From the human T2T-CHM13v2.0 reference genome, Homo sapiens: DNA of 64,000 bases. Below are positions 26,419 to 43,694 of the stretch, piece by piece. The position numbers and the translations under genes were made by a program. The notes beneath the pieces were generated by a model that ran no database searches, was not told the DNA's origin, and worked only from the letters and a program-made list of their open reading frames with translations. The stretch lies in assembly GCF_009914755.1 (NCBI RefSeq), contig NC_060932.1, one strand, 5' to 3'. Every line of letters starts with the position of its first letter. Position 1 is the stretch's first letter.

Positions 26419-27799
26419 AAACATGTGCAATCAATGGACAGAGCTTCCACCTAGTAATGCAAGAATGGAAAAGGGGTAACCTGAGCAACCATGGAAACCT
26501 TCCTTGATGCAGTTGCCAGCTGAAGCAGCTCCACTTTTCTTTGATTATTTACCGTAATCTACCAGATTATGGTTCTATACCTTGGGCTTTAAAGATGAAA
26601 TTTAGTCTTGTGAGATGAAAAGTTCCGTCAGCCAGAATTCTAGAGAGTTTGAGAGGGTGGAAGAGGGATTTGGCCAAGGCAGCGTGAAGTTGATTCTTAA
26701 GAGAATAGCAAGCCCAGTGGAAGCCACTTCTCACTGTGTAGCAAGGGAGGTAATTGACAGCAGTGGTGACACAGGAATGGAGAAGGAGAAAATGATCTGA
26801 GGGCATACTTGGCATAAGGAGACAGAGAATGACAAAAGAGATGGGGAAGACAGGCAGGATGAGTGTCAAGGGGAGACCATGGGCTGGAGAGAGAAGAGAA
26901 ATCTTGCTTGGGAGTTGCTGCAGGGCATGGAATGAGGAGGAGAAAGACAATGATCTCTAAACATGAAATTAAGAAATTCAGCTTAACATTAAGAAAGCAT
27001 CTGCATCCTCCACTCCGGCCACTTGTGAAAAGCACTAAATACAACACTGTATTTAAGAAACATGGAATACATCTGAATCTATGCTATATTTTTTTCTCCC
27101 AGACGTTTTTTTCTTTGAATGTGATACAAAGCAGAAATTGAACCACGTAAAAGTTTAATTTTGCTCCACCTGTTGGACTTTCTGGTGTTCTGGCAAGACT
27201 GCTTGAAGTGCCAAAGTTTTCTGGCTGCTTACCTGCCCAACTACAGGTGCACTGAATTTCTTTGACCACTGTGGGATGTCACCACTATAAAATCACTCCT
27301 CTTTTCAAAGAGCCTTCCATGGAGAAAGTAAAGACTCCTCAGTATATAAATTAATTTTTACTGGCATAAAATATAAAAAGCTATTCAAAACAGAGAATCA
27401 GGTCAGAAAATATCTTATGGCATCTTCCAACTAGGTACTCACAATGCAAAATTATCCATACCTACAAATAAGAGTCACCCTTAACCTACTTCCTTGTGCC
27501 AGAGCTGGGTGCTGTGGCCTGAGAGCCATCTGATGATAGCCATGAGCTCTCAGGGGATCTGGATTCAGAAGGAGAAACCTTGAAAGGGTTATAAAGACCT
27601 TGGTGTCTTCCACCTGGTGGCTGTCCTCACTCTTAGAGCCAACAGGTGTACAGTCAGTCCTTTCAGTCAAAATGTCTTATCCCCTGGTCCCAGAGCATTT
27701 CATGTTGCTTTGGTACACTGCCCTAAATCCTAATAAGTTGCAATGTGCTTGTTCTACAGAAAGGATACAGCTGCCAGGGGCAGAAATCTTGCTCTCAAC

Positions 27800-27932
27800 C
27801 AGAAGATCTGGAAGGGAGCCCGGCTCTGCCTGCTACTGCCCCTGTCACCTGAGCAGATACTGGCTTTCCCCCAGGTTCAGTTTCTTCAACCATAAAAATG
27901 AGGAATTGCTGGTCTCAACCTCATAGGATTAT
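27800..27932 (+). mobile_element. MIR fragment
   Basis: cccggctctgcc...ctgtcacctgagcag...ttcagtttcttcaaccataaaaatgagg...cctcataggatt. Confidence 0.7.
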
Positions 27933-27962
27933 TAATTTTTTTAATGTAAAATTTATATTAGA

Positions 27963-28083
27963 GTCAGGCATGTTGGTGTGCAACTGTAATCCTTGCTGAG
28001 GAGGCTGAGGCAGGAGGATCGCTTGAACCCACGAGTTTGTGACCAGCCTGGGCAACATAATGAGACCCCAACTCAAAAAAAAC
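27963..28083 (+). mobile_element. FLAM/FAM Alu monomer
   Basis: Single monomer with gaggctgaggcaggaggatcgcttgaaccc and an A-tail. Confidence 0.85.
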
Positions 28084-28856
28084 CAACTATTTGTTATTAC
28101 TTAAATTGCAGAAATAATGCATGCTTTTTTTACCTAATGAATCAGGTGCTAACACCTGTTACCTAACAAAGCCAAATAAAAGCAAAGACAATTTTCTCCC
28201 TTACCCCCTCCATTACCACTCTTCTGCTATAGGCAATACACATTCTATTACTAATGTATATTCTTCTACCCTTTCTCCATACTCATACAAACATAGATAA
28301 ATAAATATGGTGGAATTTCATTTTTACCAAATAATACCCACAATATATACATTATTCTGAAATTAGATTTTTTCCCACTCAATATATTGTTGTTTTGAGG
28401 AGCATATGAAATGAGACTCATGAAAGAGCTTGATAAATTGTAGTCACCACTCTTTGAAGCTTACAAGATGATCAGGTAGCTTGGAATTAGGTCACTCAAC
28501 TTACTCTCCCTAACATCAACAAGAGAGCAGCTGAGTGAAGGAATGAGTGAGAGTTGATTGAACACGAGTAAGTCAGTAATGCTGTTGCAGAGAATGCAAA
28601 ATTGCCACATATGCCTGCCCTGGATGGAGGCTGCATCAGTGCCAACAATGTGAGGACCCAGGGGCTGGGGAAGAAGCGTGCCAGGAACACATTGTCCATG
28701 TTTGGCCCTAGAACCAAGTACACTGGCCTGGCACAAAGTGGCCAATAAATATGGGATGAGATGGGAGAGGTGTTGGATGAATTAATGAATAAATCAGTGA
28801 GCTTTGAAAAGAACAAATGAAGGCACAAACAAGGCCACAAATAAAAATCATTTATT

Positions 28857-29367
<511 letters not shown>

Positions 29368-29834
29368 TTAATACAGTTTAACATACTGCTTTGGAAACCT
29401 CCTCAGGGAAACCTGCCTCTGAAAGCAGCTGACTCTAGGAGCTGAATACCTTAGTTATTCTCTTTTTCTTTCTTTAGGTCTCTGTAGGCTCTCAGGCTTT
29501 CCTGGCATAGCGTCCTGATTCCAGATGCTTCTGCACTGCTCCTGTTAAACTTAACTGCATATCTGCAAACTGCCTGTCAAAGACATGACATCCAAAGGGT
29601 CCAAGACTGACTTCTAAACTAGAGTTTCTAAGAATAATTTCCTAACCCCTTGATATTTGCTGTTCACCTATTAGCATTATTAAATAAGCTTGTGAATATT
29701 GGCTTTATGGTAAAGAGCAAGTAACCTACCTGTTATTTATACAAGTCTGGAACCTTTAAAACTGATTATTATTATCTAATATCTTTCAATAACTTTCCTC
29801 CCTTTTATTTCATGGAACTCATACTCAACATAGG

Positions 29835-30030
29835 AATTCCTGAGTCAGACTGCCTGCATTCAAATTCTGACTCCAAAGTTTGTAGGTCTTAGGGTAGGTT
29901 AGTTAACCTCTCTGTGACTCAATTTTCTCACTCATACAACGGAACTGATAATATATTGCCTTTCATAGGGTTGCTACAAAAAGCATGTGACAGACGGTCT
30001 GACATATGGTAAATACCCAGTAAAGGTTGA
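29835..30030 (+). mobile_element. MIR
   Basis: gagtcagactgcctgcattcaaattctgactcc...ttaacctctctgtgactcaattttctca. Confidence 0.75.
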
Positions 30031-30057
30031 AAAACAAGCCTTTAAAAAAACATTGTT

Positions 30058-30386
<329 letters not shown>

Positions 30387-30427
30387 TCATTAATTTATGT
30401 TTATATTGAATACTCAAAAACATATGC

Positions 30428-30755
<328 letters not shown>

Positions 30756-33700
30756 TATGCAACTGAGTATGCAAGTTGAGAGAAATAGAAATTTAAAACT
30801 AGCATCAAATGTAGGGTTGTTTTTGCTTTTGAGGTGCATTAGAGGTGGTTGGTGCTTTGGTTGGGATAAAAGTTCCATTCTGAGGCAGACTCTTTGAAAC
30901 ATTGAAAGTAGATGCCTAGAACCGAACCCCTCAGAGTACTCCAGCTGGATGCCACTGCTCAAATCATGGACTGAGGGGCTGTAAATGCACAGCTGTACCA
31001 CCACAAGCATCACTCAGCAAACGATGATTGTCATGGTGCAGCAAAGTGGGCCTGGTGAGGAGTATATAAAGCAATGCCCTGCAGAATAAAGACAAAAATA
31101 AAGCAACGATACACTAGAGCTATAAGTCCACTCGGGTCCTCTCAGAGGGTGGTACATGTGTGGGGTGTTTCTCCAGCAATAGAGCCATCCTCCACCTACA
31201 GGGTAGCCCACATCTGGCTGATTCTGATGAAAGCAATCCCTATCACTCCTGAGCTGAACTCAGGTTGTTTCCAATCTAAGCTAACTACAATGCCCTAGCA
31301 CTGTGAAAGGGACTAAATTTTTCAATTTATCATTAACCCAGCTATACCATTCCTAAGTGCACAGCAGGCAGGCTCAACTCTGCCGGATGTGGTGTCCAGC
31401 TGAACAGGTTTCTGTATGTGTTCCACTTCCTTATAGGACCAACTTCACAGCCCCTCAATCAATTTCCATCTCCTTCTCTGGAAATAAAACAATGACATGC
31501 TGTTGCTGCCTTTTCATGTTGGAAGCCAATGCTTGTAGTGAAATGTGAAGAGAGAGCCAATTGCTACTTCACCTCTCTGTGGTCGTGCTAGGAACCTTCA
31601 TTCTGTAGTGAAATGGAAAGATCCAGCTAAAGCAGACTCCTTCATGGGATGAGGATCTTACAGCACTACTTCCTGCTGTGAACACGTGAATTGAAACATC
31701 AGACCCACATCTGAAAATATTGGGCTTTAGTCAGGAAACTGTTCAAATAATCAAAGAAGATTTTCTTGCTTGGAAAATAGTGTGAACTGGATGATTCTAC
31801 CTCAGTTCTGAGTGTGATTCCTTTTGCCAGGTTGATTTTTTTTTTTTTGAAGAACATTTTTTCTCCAGTTTTAAAGGCCCTCAAAAGTAGAGTGGATTAC
31901 ATTCAACTTTCTAATTAGAAGCAAGAAAAAAAACTTAAAGGATCTCTGAATAGTCTGACCTAATGTCAATGGGCATATACATACATGTGTGAAATTGGAG
32001 ATTACACATCTGCTAACATAACGTGAACTCAGTCATTTAGTGACTATTTACCAAGTCCTCTCTAGTTCCTGATGTTGAGTTGAGTGCTGGGTCTGCAGCA
32101 CGTGAAGCATGTGTGATGTCTCCATCATGGGGAATGGGATCCAGAGGAGAGGAAAACAGGACAAATAAATAAATAATTAAAGATCATAGTCCGTGCACAA
32201 AGAAGAGAAAATGAATCAATGTTATTTGCCTTGATAAAAAATTATCCTTAATTAAGCTTTCCTCCTATTAGTCTCCATCATTTTGTCCAATTGCTTCAGC
32301 TGTTTTCTTTTAAGGCCTAATGTATACCTAGTGCTTAGCTTTCCACCTGAAAACACAAACCGTAGAAGTTCCAGTGAGGAACCATATAGTATTTGAATAG
32401 GGTTACCTAGAATATGGAGGAAAACAAGTGATGGAATAAAAGTATGAAATCACTTTTGAAATATGAATCACTTTATGAAATAATCATATAGGGAAACTTC
32501 TTAACTGAACAGACTCTTTAAACCCCAGGATCAGTTGTTTGTGCTCTGGAAGACTAACCGAAAGAGTAAAAGCAGAGGAAACCTGCTGATAGCTGTGTTC
32601 CCTGGTCTACCCTCTTGAGTTAGTGAAACAACAGCAGGCACCTAAAAAAGAAAAGAGATAAGCCCCTTCCCCGGTGGACTGTGCTCCGGGTGGGAAATCC
32701 CTCCTACAGAGAGCTGAGTGACCAGGAGGGAGTCTTTTGGAAGATGAATGGACTGCTATTAGACTTCAGGGTCCACTGATTGTTCTTAATGGGAAGCTAC
32801 AAGGATCAAAGTGCATCTCAAAGCATTGTCAGAATGAGCCCAATGCACCTTGCACTGTCCCACCCCTCCTCCTCTGACCCTTCCTGCCGAGGTCACTTCC
32901 CTATTAGTCAACTGCCCCCACCTCAACCCCTGGGCTTTTTCCCAGTCTGTGGCATCAGAACTAGGTACTTATTTCTTTAGTGCCTCATGTAATCCTGATA
33001 TTCATATGAAGTTCCCACTGCTTTAACATTAGCAGAGTTTAGTGACACTAAAAATTAAAGCATTCCTTAAGCCAGGCCATGTAGAGAATTATTTAATTTA
33101 CAGAACACTTCCAACTAATGATGCTCATTAGCTTACTCAAAACAAATCATTATGACTTTCACCTCTTTTCTAGGACAGGCCGAGCATAGAAATATTATAT
33201 AGGGATTTCTTTCTACAGGGGACACCTGCTTTCCTTTTCTCACTTAGTTATAAAATACCTTTCAAAGTGAAACCTTGTCAGTGTTGCATAATTGTGCTTA
33301 GAAACGTTTATTCAGTAAGAGAATGCCTGGTAATGAAGAGCGCCCTAAATCTCACCAAGGATGTGTCAAAAAATAAGTGTACAAGTATAAACCTGTATGG
33401 AAAAATTGAAAATGTTATATCTGTGCTCCAAATTCTACAAAATGGGCATATGGGTACTGCCCACATAGATTTTATGCAGATTCTTAGTATATTATAAAGT
33501 CTACTTATTGGCCACCAATGCACGCACACACACCCTAGTGTCTCTCAGGTATGAATGGACTGAACTAAGGTGGAAATGTAACTTGAGCAACATTAAAGGA
33601 TGAAAATGGTTAATATGCAAATATGAGAATAATATTTTTCTGTATGTGGCAAAGGTATGTAATTTAGAAATAGTAATTTGCCGAGACATGGAAACATATA

Positions 33701-34675
33701 TCAACATTTTATGACATTATTATTTGAGGCTTCAGAACACAATTTATAACCTCTATCTTCATCTCTCTTCCCTTGCACACGCACACAAACATGCACACAC
33801 GCATACAGTACAGGGCCACCTGTGACATTGCACTATACACAGATAAACCTGTTAGCAAGTTCACTCATTAGCTCCTGTATTTTTTCCCAAAGTTGTCCAC
33901 TATAATCATTCACCTGTGTTCTTAAATTGTCTGCCATTATTTGCTTCATTAGTGCCTCTCAGTGAATGCTTGGATTTCACAAAGGTCTTACACTTTCCAT
34001 GGAGCAAAGCCTTCAGGGTGCTGAGGGTTGTGAGAAAAGCATAGAATTTTCCTTGATAAATGGCTACTCTTCAGCACACAGCACTACAATGAAAGACTAA
34101 TTCCTAATTTGTTTGTTCTACATGTTCAGCAGCAAAGAACCATAAACACAAACACATAGATGTCAAACTAGCTTAGACTAACTTCTATAAATAAGTTATA
34201 ATTTGCAGATAATTTATTACCATGTAACAGTAGAAGCTTTATTAACTAAGTAGTAGTCTATGTAGACTTGCCTTTATTACTTATAAAATTGTACTTTTCT
34301 TCTAAATTTACTGGTACACAAATATCACAATTAGAGCACGTATAATAGTGCTTTAGTTCTTTTTTTCTGATGTCTTTCCCCCACCAAATTGTATCCTGTT
34401 CAAGGGAGACTACACAGTTACTCTATCTTTTTGTCTCCAATATTCCCAGGTACAATGGGTCTTATTAGGTAAAGGTAGCTAAGAATTTGCTGTGCATTCC
34501 AGTTATTCTGTCAAAATATGGGTTTTCTGAAGTTGGGACTATTCACAAAAAGGAAATGTACACAGAAGATTATAATAATGAATCTTGAAGATTACATCCC
34601 TACCTTTTATGCAATGCAAATAAAATTATCTCTTTCTCCTTGCTATGAGTTATTTATCCACAAGGATATTAAGAA

Positions 34676-34850
34676 TAGAGCACTGACATGATGCTCAAAG
34701 TATATGCTCATTGGAGAATTTAGGATTTTGGATTTCCAGATTAGGAATGCTGAACCAGTATGTAATGTAAATATTCCAAAACTTGAAAAGATTTGAAATC
34801 TGCAACACTTCAGGTCCCAAGCATTTTGGCTAAGGAATACTCGACCTGTA
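34676..34850. mobile_element. MER46A/Tigger4 (Tc1-mariner) fragment
   Basis: gatgctcaaag...ggattttggatttccagattaggaatgctgaacc...ggtcccaagcattttggctaaggaatactcgacctgta terminus. Confidence 0.8.
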
Positions 34851-35179
34851 CTACTACTCAAATTTATCAATAAATGTTTGTTGGATGAAAGACCAGATGA
34901 ACCTGTAGCCCATCTACCAATCCTCTGATACACAAAATATTTTTAATAAGCCCATGCTCATTTGCATTCAGATCTTCTGTTTAAGGTACTTTGCATTTCA
35001 AAAGAATAATGTTTTTCTCTATTCTAAGATTATTGTTTTCATTGGGTAGGATGTTAATCCCCTTATTTTCAAGAATAAATCTAATTCATTATACTATGCA
35101 CAAGGATCTGTATTTTGGATTCTCAAGTTCTAATGTATCTCATCAATATGTATCTCAACAGTGATTTTTTTAAAAAAAA

Positions 35180-35368
35180 TAAGTTTTATTTAGACATAAT
35201 TCACATGCCACAAAATTCACCCATTTAAAGTGCACAATTCAATGGCTTTTAGTGTATTCACAGAGTATTGCAACCATTACCACTATCTAATTCCAGAATG
35301 TTTCATCAACCCAGTAAGAAAACCTGTGACCATTAGCAGTCACCCCCAGTACTCCCCTCCCCTAGCCC
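35180..35368 (-). mobile_element. Short L1MB 3' end
   Basis: ataattcacatgccacaaaattcacccatttaaagtgcacaattcaatggcttttagt. Confidence 0.8.
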
Positions 35369-38300
35369 CATTTAGCTATATCCCAATTGGGAAAATTATC
35401 TTAAAGGCTTTGTTTAATATTTTTTTGTAATTAGAATAAGCAGTGGACTTTTCTGGTGTGGTCATTTATCACTCCTATGCCACTCACTTACTCATTAGCT
35501 CTACAAATATTGACTGAATAGTGTCTGGGGCATAAAAGTGAGGGAGAGTAGACAGTTCCACATGTCACATGCTGTTCTTTCTTGAGGAAAGCTCAGACTA
35601 CAGGGACTATGTCTCATTTCTGTGCTTGATTGCTGTAAGATCAGATACAACACCATTTTGCATGAAGTTAGAGCATTAAGTTACTAGAATACCATCATCT
35701 GATGTATCTCACCCTTTAGAGCTGTAATTACACTCTTATAGGGATGCAGATTATGCCTGTGGCCTACAAGTTTATCCAGAGTTAGAACCTGGCTCCAATC
35801 AGAAGAGACCACAAGGAATATAAATGAAGAAGCCTGGCACGCTTCCATCTCACACTCCGCCCCTATTCTAATCCCTTTCAGGGGAAACTGACCAGATGTG
35901 GCCAGTGAGCACCAATTCCTCATTCCTGTGCACATGTGCCTTCCACTGGGTGGTCCATAGTTTTACCTTAATATACTCAAGTCATTATTTTGAGTATTCT
36001 GTTGCACAAATTCTTTGATGTGGGAAAGGCTTACCTAACAGACAATTCCTGCAGTACCTTGTTACTTCTAGCTCACGATTGTGTGCATCACTGCATATGG
36101 GCTTATAATATTTACTAATTGTATCCTGTATTTGTCTTATTTTCCCAAATAGATAGCTTGTGTCAGATGTTTCTGTGTCTCTGCCCCATCCCAACACTGT
36201 CACCTCGTAGTGTGTCTTCATGCCATTTATGTATGACGATTGATAGGAGTTGGTTTAGTTGTCAGTAGAAAGCCATAGGTTGAATCACCTTTTCTCCTGA
36301 CCCCCATTTTCTGACAGTATTCAGTGGAGGATCGGGCCCCTGCCAACTGGTATTGCTGAATCCCTGCTTTTGGTCTGCGGTCCTAGTACCGTCTACCACT
36401 GGATTTGCCTGGTGTTTGAGGACCTGTCATATGCCTGGCTCTGTGCTAGGTGTTTGAAGACAGCAACCCTCTTCTGTGCTTATCCTGTATCTTCATTTTT
36501 ATCACTACATTGACCACATGGGGTGAAGGTGAAGGATGTTGGGTTTGCTGTCTTTTTTCCATAGGCTGTGAGCTCCTCATGGGCAGGATAGAGTTTTACA
36601 CAGAGCCTGGTACACAGGCCCTTAGTATTTGTCATGTGAATAAATAAATTAAAAGGCAGTTGTTAGCAGCTTTCTGACTAGCTAAAAAGACAGCACACAT
36701 ACATTTGAAACAATGAGAGAGCAAAATAGTATCATTTAAAGTGCTAATTATGTAAACCAGACAACTCATAATCCAAATACACTTCAAGTACCCATGGAGT
36801 ATGGTGTTCACAAAACATTTCAAGTACAATCCAACCACTAAAATTCATTTAAAAGTTGATTAGAGTTTTGTTTGCATCTCTTAAAGAACTTTAAAGGAGA
36901 TGTAACTCACTCAACAGCAACACTTCATAAAATAAATCATCTTTGTCCTCTCAACTTCTTGTACCCCTTTTTACTCTGCAGCCTATCACTCTCCAGTTCC
37001 CACATCTCTCCCCATACCTTCCAGCACCTGCTTTCTTGGTATCTCCCCCTTCCCTTTTTCTCAGTGGCAGACTGAGTTAGCCTTGCTAGCTTCCTTTATT
37101 CCCTCGTTCAGTCATTATCCCAAGTCTGTGCCGCAAAATAAGCCTGGACCCAACCCGATGAGCAAGAGAATGAATCTCTCCCCTTTAGAAAGTGAGAGGA
37201 TGGGGAGGGGAAACAGTAAACAGCAGTTGTATAGGGAAAGATGATCAATACTGCAGTATTGGAATATGAATGTTTGTCCTTATGACAAGTGCAATTAAAT
37301 TGAGAAATGGGGAGACTCTGCCAGGGCTGGTAAGGAGTCTTGCTCTCCATTTTGGGGGTGCTGTGGATTTTATACATTCATCTACTGAATCCTCACAGTC
37401 ACCTGCAGAATCCTACCAGGAGGAAACTGGGCTCAGAGAGGTTAAGTTATTTGACCCAAACCACTTATAAGTAGCAGCAAAAATGTTTGTGCCTACAATG
37501 TGATGTCACATTCTCAAAGATTTCCATAAATATATCCTTTTTGGTAACACTGTTAGGATGGAGCTAGTTGAAATTGTGAAGCAGAAAAAACTAGCAGTTG
37601 GCACCTTTGTGCCTTCCATTGCAGGCCTCCTTCTCCGGAGAGCCCTACAAACATTCATCAATGTTCCTTCCTCCGCCCCTGGCACACAGACACACACACG
37701 ATATGCACCAATAACACAAAACCCAAAACACACTCCAAATCTGCTCCTAGGAAATAATTAAATTAAAACAATTGGAGTGTTACCCTGATAGTGCTGTCTT
37801 TATTTTAACAGGAGATAAAGCTCTATGACAAAGGGATGAATGTTTCATGATGCATTTGCCAGTTTCAGAAGAGGTGGAGATTTGTAGTCGTCCCTAAGAT
37901 AACACCCCATAAGTCACAACTGAGTCCACCTGCTTAGAAGGCGGCTTTTGCATTATTTTCTTTTGTAAATTTGAATGCATTTAGCTGAATTTAGGATGCC
38001 CATTGATAACTAAGAAAGAAAATATAAAAAATATTGACATGTGTCAACTGTGTGCTGAAGTCTGTGAAATGCTTGTGTGTATGTGTGTGTGTAAAGAAAG
38101 GAGAGAAAGAGCAAAATAAAACTTTTATCTTGAGCAAATATTCAATCACAATACAATGGCTAATAATAAAATAGTAACATGAAACTAAGTAAGAAAGGAT
38201 GATGGCATTACAACCTCCAGAATAAGAACCTAGGAAATGTGTACCTTCTGAGAATTGTTCCCTTTAAGTATTGGATTTCTCATTTCTTAAGAAAGTGCTT

Positions 38301-38416
38301 CATGGAGGGCATGTGGCTAGGATAGCAGATTTGAATTGTGCTGATAGAAAAAGGCACATTCCTCCCCTTACAGCGGATTGAAGTGCTCCCTGATGATGTT
38401 ATCCTGCAGAGAAATA

Positions 38417-38645
38417 TAGTCAACCCCCATTATATGCCAGGGATTGGTCCCAGGACCTCCACATATACCTAAATCTGTGCATACTTAAATCCCACAGTGG
38501 GCCCTGCAGAACCTTTGTACAAGAAAAGTTGGCCTTCCCCATAAGCAGGTTTTGCATCCCACAGATATTGATCCACAACTGGTTGAAAAGAATCTGTGTA
38601 TAAAAGAACCCCACAATTAAAACCCGCGTTATTCAAGGGTCACTC
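38417..38645. mobile_element. MER8 (Tigger) MITE
   Basis: gggattggtcccaggacc...gggccctgcagaacc...gttattcaagggtca. Confidence 0.8.
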
Positions 38646-38699
38646 ACACACACATACATACACATATTAAGTATATACACATGTAAGTATGTGTATGTG

Positions 38700-39388
<689 letters not shown>

Positions 39389-42038
39389 TGTGTATGTTTG
39401 GAATCATTATATCCAAAAGCATTTCTGAAAGATCATAGCTAATACTTAAAGCCTCTAATCTGAAATAGAATAGCTTAATTGTATAATTTTCAACAAATAT
39501 AGTGGCTTTTGGTGGTATAAAATACTTATAAGAATTTGTGTTACTAATAAAAAGCATGAAAGCCACTTTTCCCAAGGTGTAATATAATAATGGTGGTAAA
39601 TTTTCTCAAGTCAAAAATACATGATTTTATTAGTAATAATTTTCTCTCTTTTGGCCCTTAAATTCCCAAAGCTTCTTGTAGCTAAGTTAAAAGCACAAAC
39701 AGTAGAATTTTAGCATGAGCTGCTGTTTTCTCTGGAACCATTTCTATCCTATTTGCTTTCCTTTGTTTTTAACTATGAATGTAAGCTTCCCTTTTCATAA
39801 CAAAAATTACTCAAATACTTGTACTGATTTACATTTACTAGGAAGCCAGTGCACTTTTTTTAAGTTGTGCCCTTAAAACAACACTCAGACCAATGAAATA
39901 CACAAATAAGTGTGTCAAGACTGTTGCAAAGTCTATATACCTATCAAAAATCTTTTGCAGACACCTTTATGAATCATAGATTACAGATGCATCGGTTCTC
40001 TAGAGTTGCTTAAGTCAAAGTTTAAATTTTATGGAACCATGTGGTAGTTGTATGATTTAGCAAGCATTTTCTTTACATAGTGGAGTAAGTGGTTACAAAG
40101 CACTCTGGGCCCATCCAGCATGGAGGACAATGGAGCAGAAAGAGGTATATGAGATAATTTTTCAGAAAGGAGGGGGAAATAAAATTCCCCCCAAGGGCAC
40201 TTACTTGTCTTCCATGTCCAAGTCATCTTTTCCCTTCCAGCAAATCAGCAAACTCAAATCTAGGCAGTGAAAAGCAATATTTTCTGCACGTGTGAAATGA
40301 CTCCCAACTCCATGAGGCGCCTTGCTTAGGATCAGAGGAACCCAGGCTGGCTCTTCTCTGGGGTCCCAGGTTCCAGTGATTTACAAGCTGTCTTTATGTG
40401 CTCTGCTACTGCCAGGTCCTGCTCTCAGGACAATATCAAATTAGGGTTCAGTGTGTGCCAATGTGTTATGCTGTGCCCTAATCTCAGACAAATATGGGCG
40501 CCATTGAAACTCTAATGGACAGTGCACTTGTTTTGCAGGATCTCAGATCAAGGACATGGAGTGGAATACAGACTGACTCCTCAGGAGGTTCAGTTCTTCT
40601 GTTCTTATTTTCTTCTAGCAAGAAATCAGTGGGCTTCTCTTTCAGGACATGAAGATGACGGCAAGCTGGGTGAAATATGAATAATAGAGATTTCAAATGA
40701 CTAAAATGCAGTTCTAATTTTAAAAAGGAGACAAAATAACTACTAAACTCGCATGCTTGCTCCCTAGAACTGTATGACTTTCATAATAGATTGCTTAAAA
40801 TAGTATTCAACAATATTTAAACTGTCACATCACCATCTCAATTCTGATAGATCTGATACCTGAAATACATTCTTTTCTCACTTACATAGAGAAGTCAGTA
40901 AGTCCAAAACTTCCTCATGTGGATTTTCTAGAACTTTTTTTTTCTTTCTTTCTTTTTGGCTAATAGATAACCTTCCAAAAATGGGTCTCATGGTGGGGAA
41001 CACTTGGGAAACAATGTATTAAACAACGTTCAACAGATTTCTTGTGTAAGAGACTTTCTCAAAGGCATTAATTAAGTCTACAGACATATCCCTTTGTCTC
41101 CCAAGAGGAGGCCGTGTATGAAGTGTTTAACCTGGAATTCTTTTTTGTATGTGGAAACCCTTCAGCATCAATACTGTGCAGCACTTACTATGGGAAATAC
41201 TAGTTTAGTCTCTTCTTTCTTCAATCATGGCGGCATGGCTGACTGACCACATAGCTACCTGCTACCTAGCCAGCTTTTAAAATTCAAATCCCTTCCCCAA
41301 CCTCTAGCCTTCTACCTTGTTCATTTTCCAGGGTAGCGTGTTCTGGCATTTTCTTTTTTTCTTTCATTCTTTTTTATTCTACTTTTTAATTTGTTTATTA
41401 TCTCTCTCTTCAAACTAGAGTATAAGCTCCTTGAAGGCAGGGACTTTTTAATCTCTTTTGTTCTTTGACGTATCCCCAGGTCCTGAAATTTTAGGAGTCT
41501 ACCTGGCTAGAGCAGGCACTCGATATATAGGTTACATAAAGCAATGGTAAATTCAAACTATCCGTGCCAGAAAATTTCTGTGTTTTCCCACATGGTTAAT
41601 TTGTTTCTTCACTTAAATAATTATTGAGTACCTACTGTGTGCCAGGTTCTGTATTCATTGCCAGGACATCCTTTTTAGTGAAATGTAGAAAATATTTCAC
41701 CAATATCTTTTTGTCACATGCTGTCTATCTTCAAAGACAAGTATTTGGTTTCCTCTGTGCTTCCAGCTCTGGGTTTGGCCAATGCATATCTTTCAGCTGA
41801 GCCTTGTAGGTTTTGTTTTCAATGTGCAATGCTCATCTATGTTATAAAAAAGTATGCCTTAGAATGGATGAAAACAGCTATATAAAGCATGAGACAACCA
41901 AATTCGAATGAGGAAGTGTGAGATCTCTTTCAAATGATTTGAATTAGCATTAGAACTAAATTCTTGGACTAGACCTCACCTATTATCAAGGGGTAAAATC
42001 TTTGCTGGATCCCATGAAATCATCATTCACTTAACACT

Positions 42039-42426
42039 ATTATGGGACGAATTGTTACCCCCCAAATTCGTCTGTTGAAGCCCTAACCTTCAGTACCTTA
42101 GAATGTGACTATATGTGGAGATAGGGTCTTTAAAGAGGTAATTAAGGTAAAACGAAGTCATTAGGATGGACCCTAATTCAACATGATTGGTGTCGTTATA
42201 ACAAGAGGAGATTAGGACATAGACATGTACAGAGGGAAGTTCATGTGAAGATGCTGGAAACAGACAGCCATCTGCAAGCAAAGGAGAGAGGCCTCGGAAG
42301 AAACTGGCCCTGCCTCTGCCTTGGTCTTGAACTTCCAGCCTCCACAACTGTGGGAAGAGAAATTTCCCTTGTTTAAACCATCGAGTCTGTGGTACTTTCT
42401 TATGATAATGCCAGCAAACTAATATA
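42039..42426 (+). mobile_element. MLT1B/C MaLR LTR
   Basis: ggagatagggtctttaaagaggtaattaagg; ttgaacttccagcctccacaactgtg; end gcaaactaatata. Confidence 0.85.
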
Positions 42427-42493
42427 AATATCTGTTATATAAATAGATATAACAAAAATCTTATACTTGACTCAGTAGTTTGAGACAACAAAG

Positions 42494-43273
<780 letters not shown>

Positions 43274-43387
43274 AGAGAACTAAATAGATAATTATAATTA
43301 TCTTCAATAACTCCTCTGATGGAGATGCTTACACGGTGCCCTGGAGCAGGCATACCAGGAGCGTCTGACTCTGTGGGCTTCGAGTCA

Positions 43388-43694
<307 letters not shown>

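Noticed and set aside
32559-32641. Minus-strand acceptor tctcttttcttttttAG with a possible GTTAGT donor
   Set aside because: The donor is weak, there is no recognisable peptide, and there is no linked antisense exon evidence.
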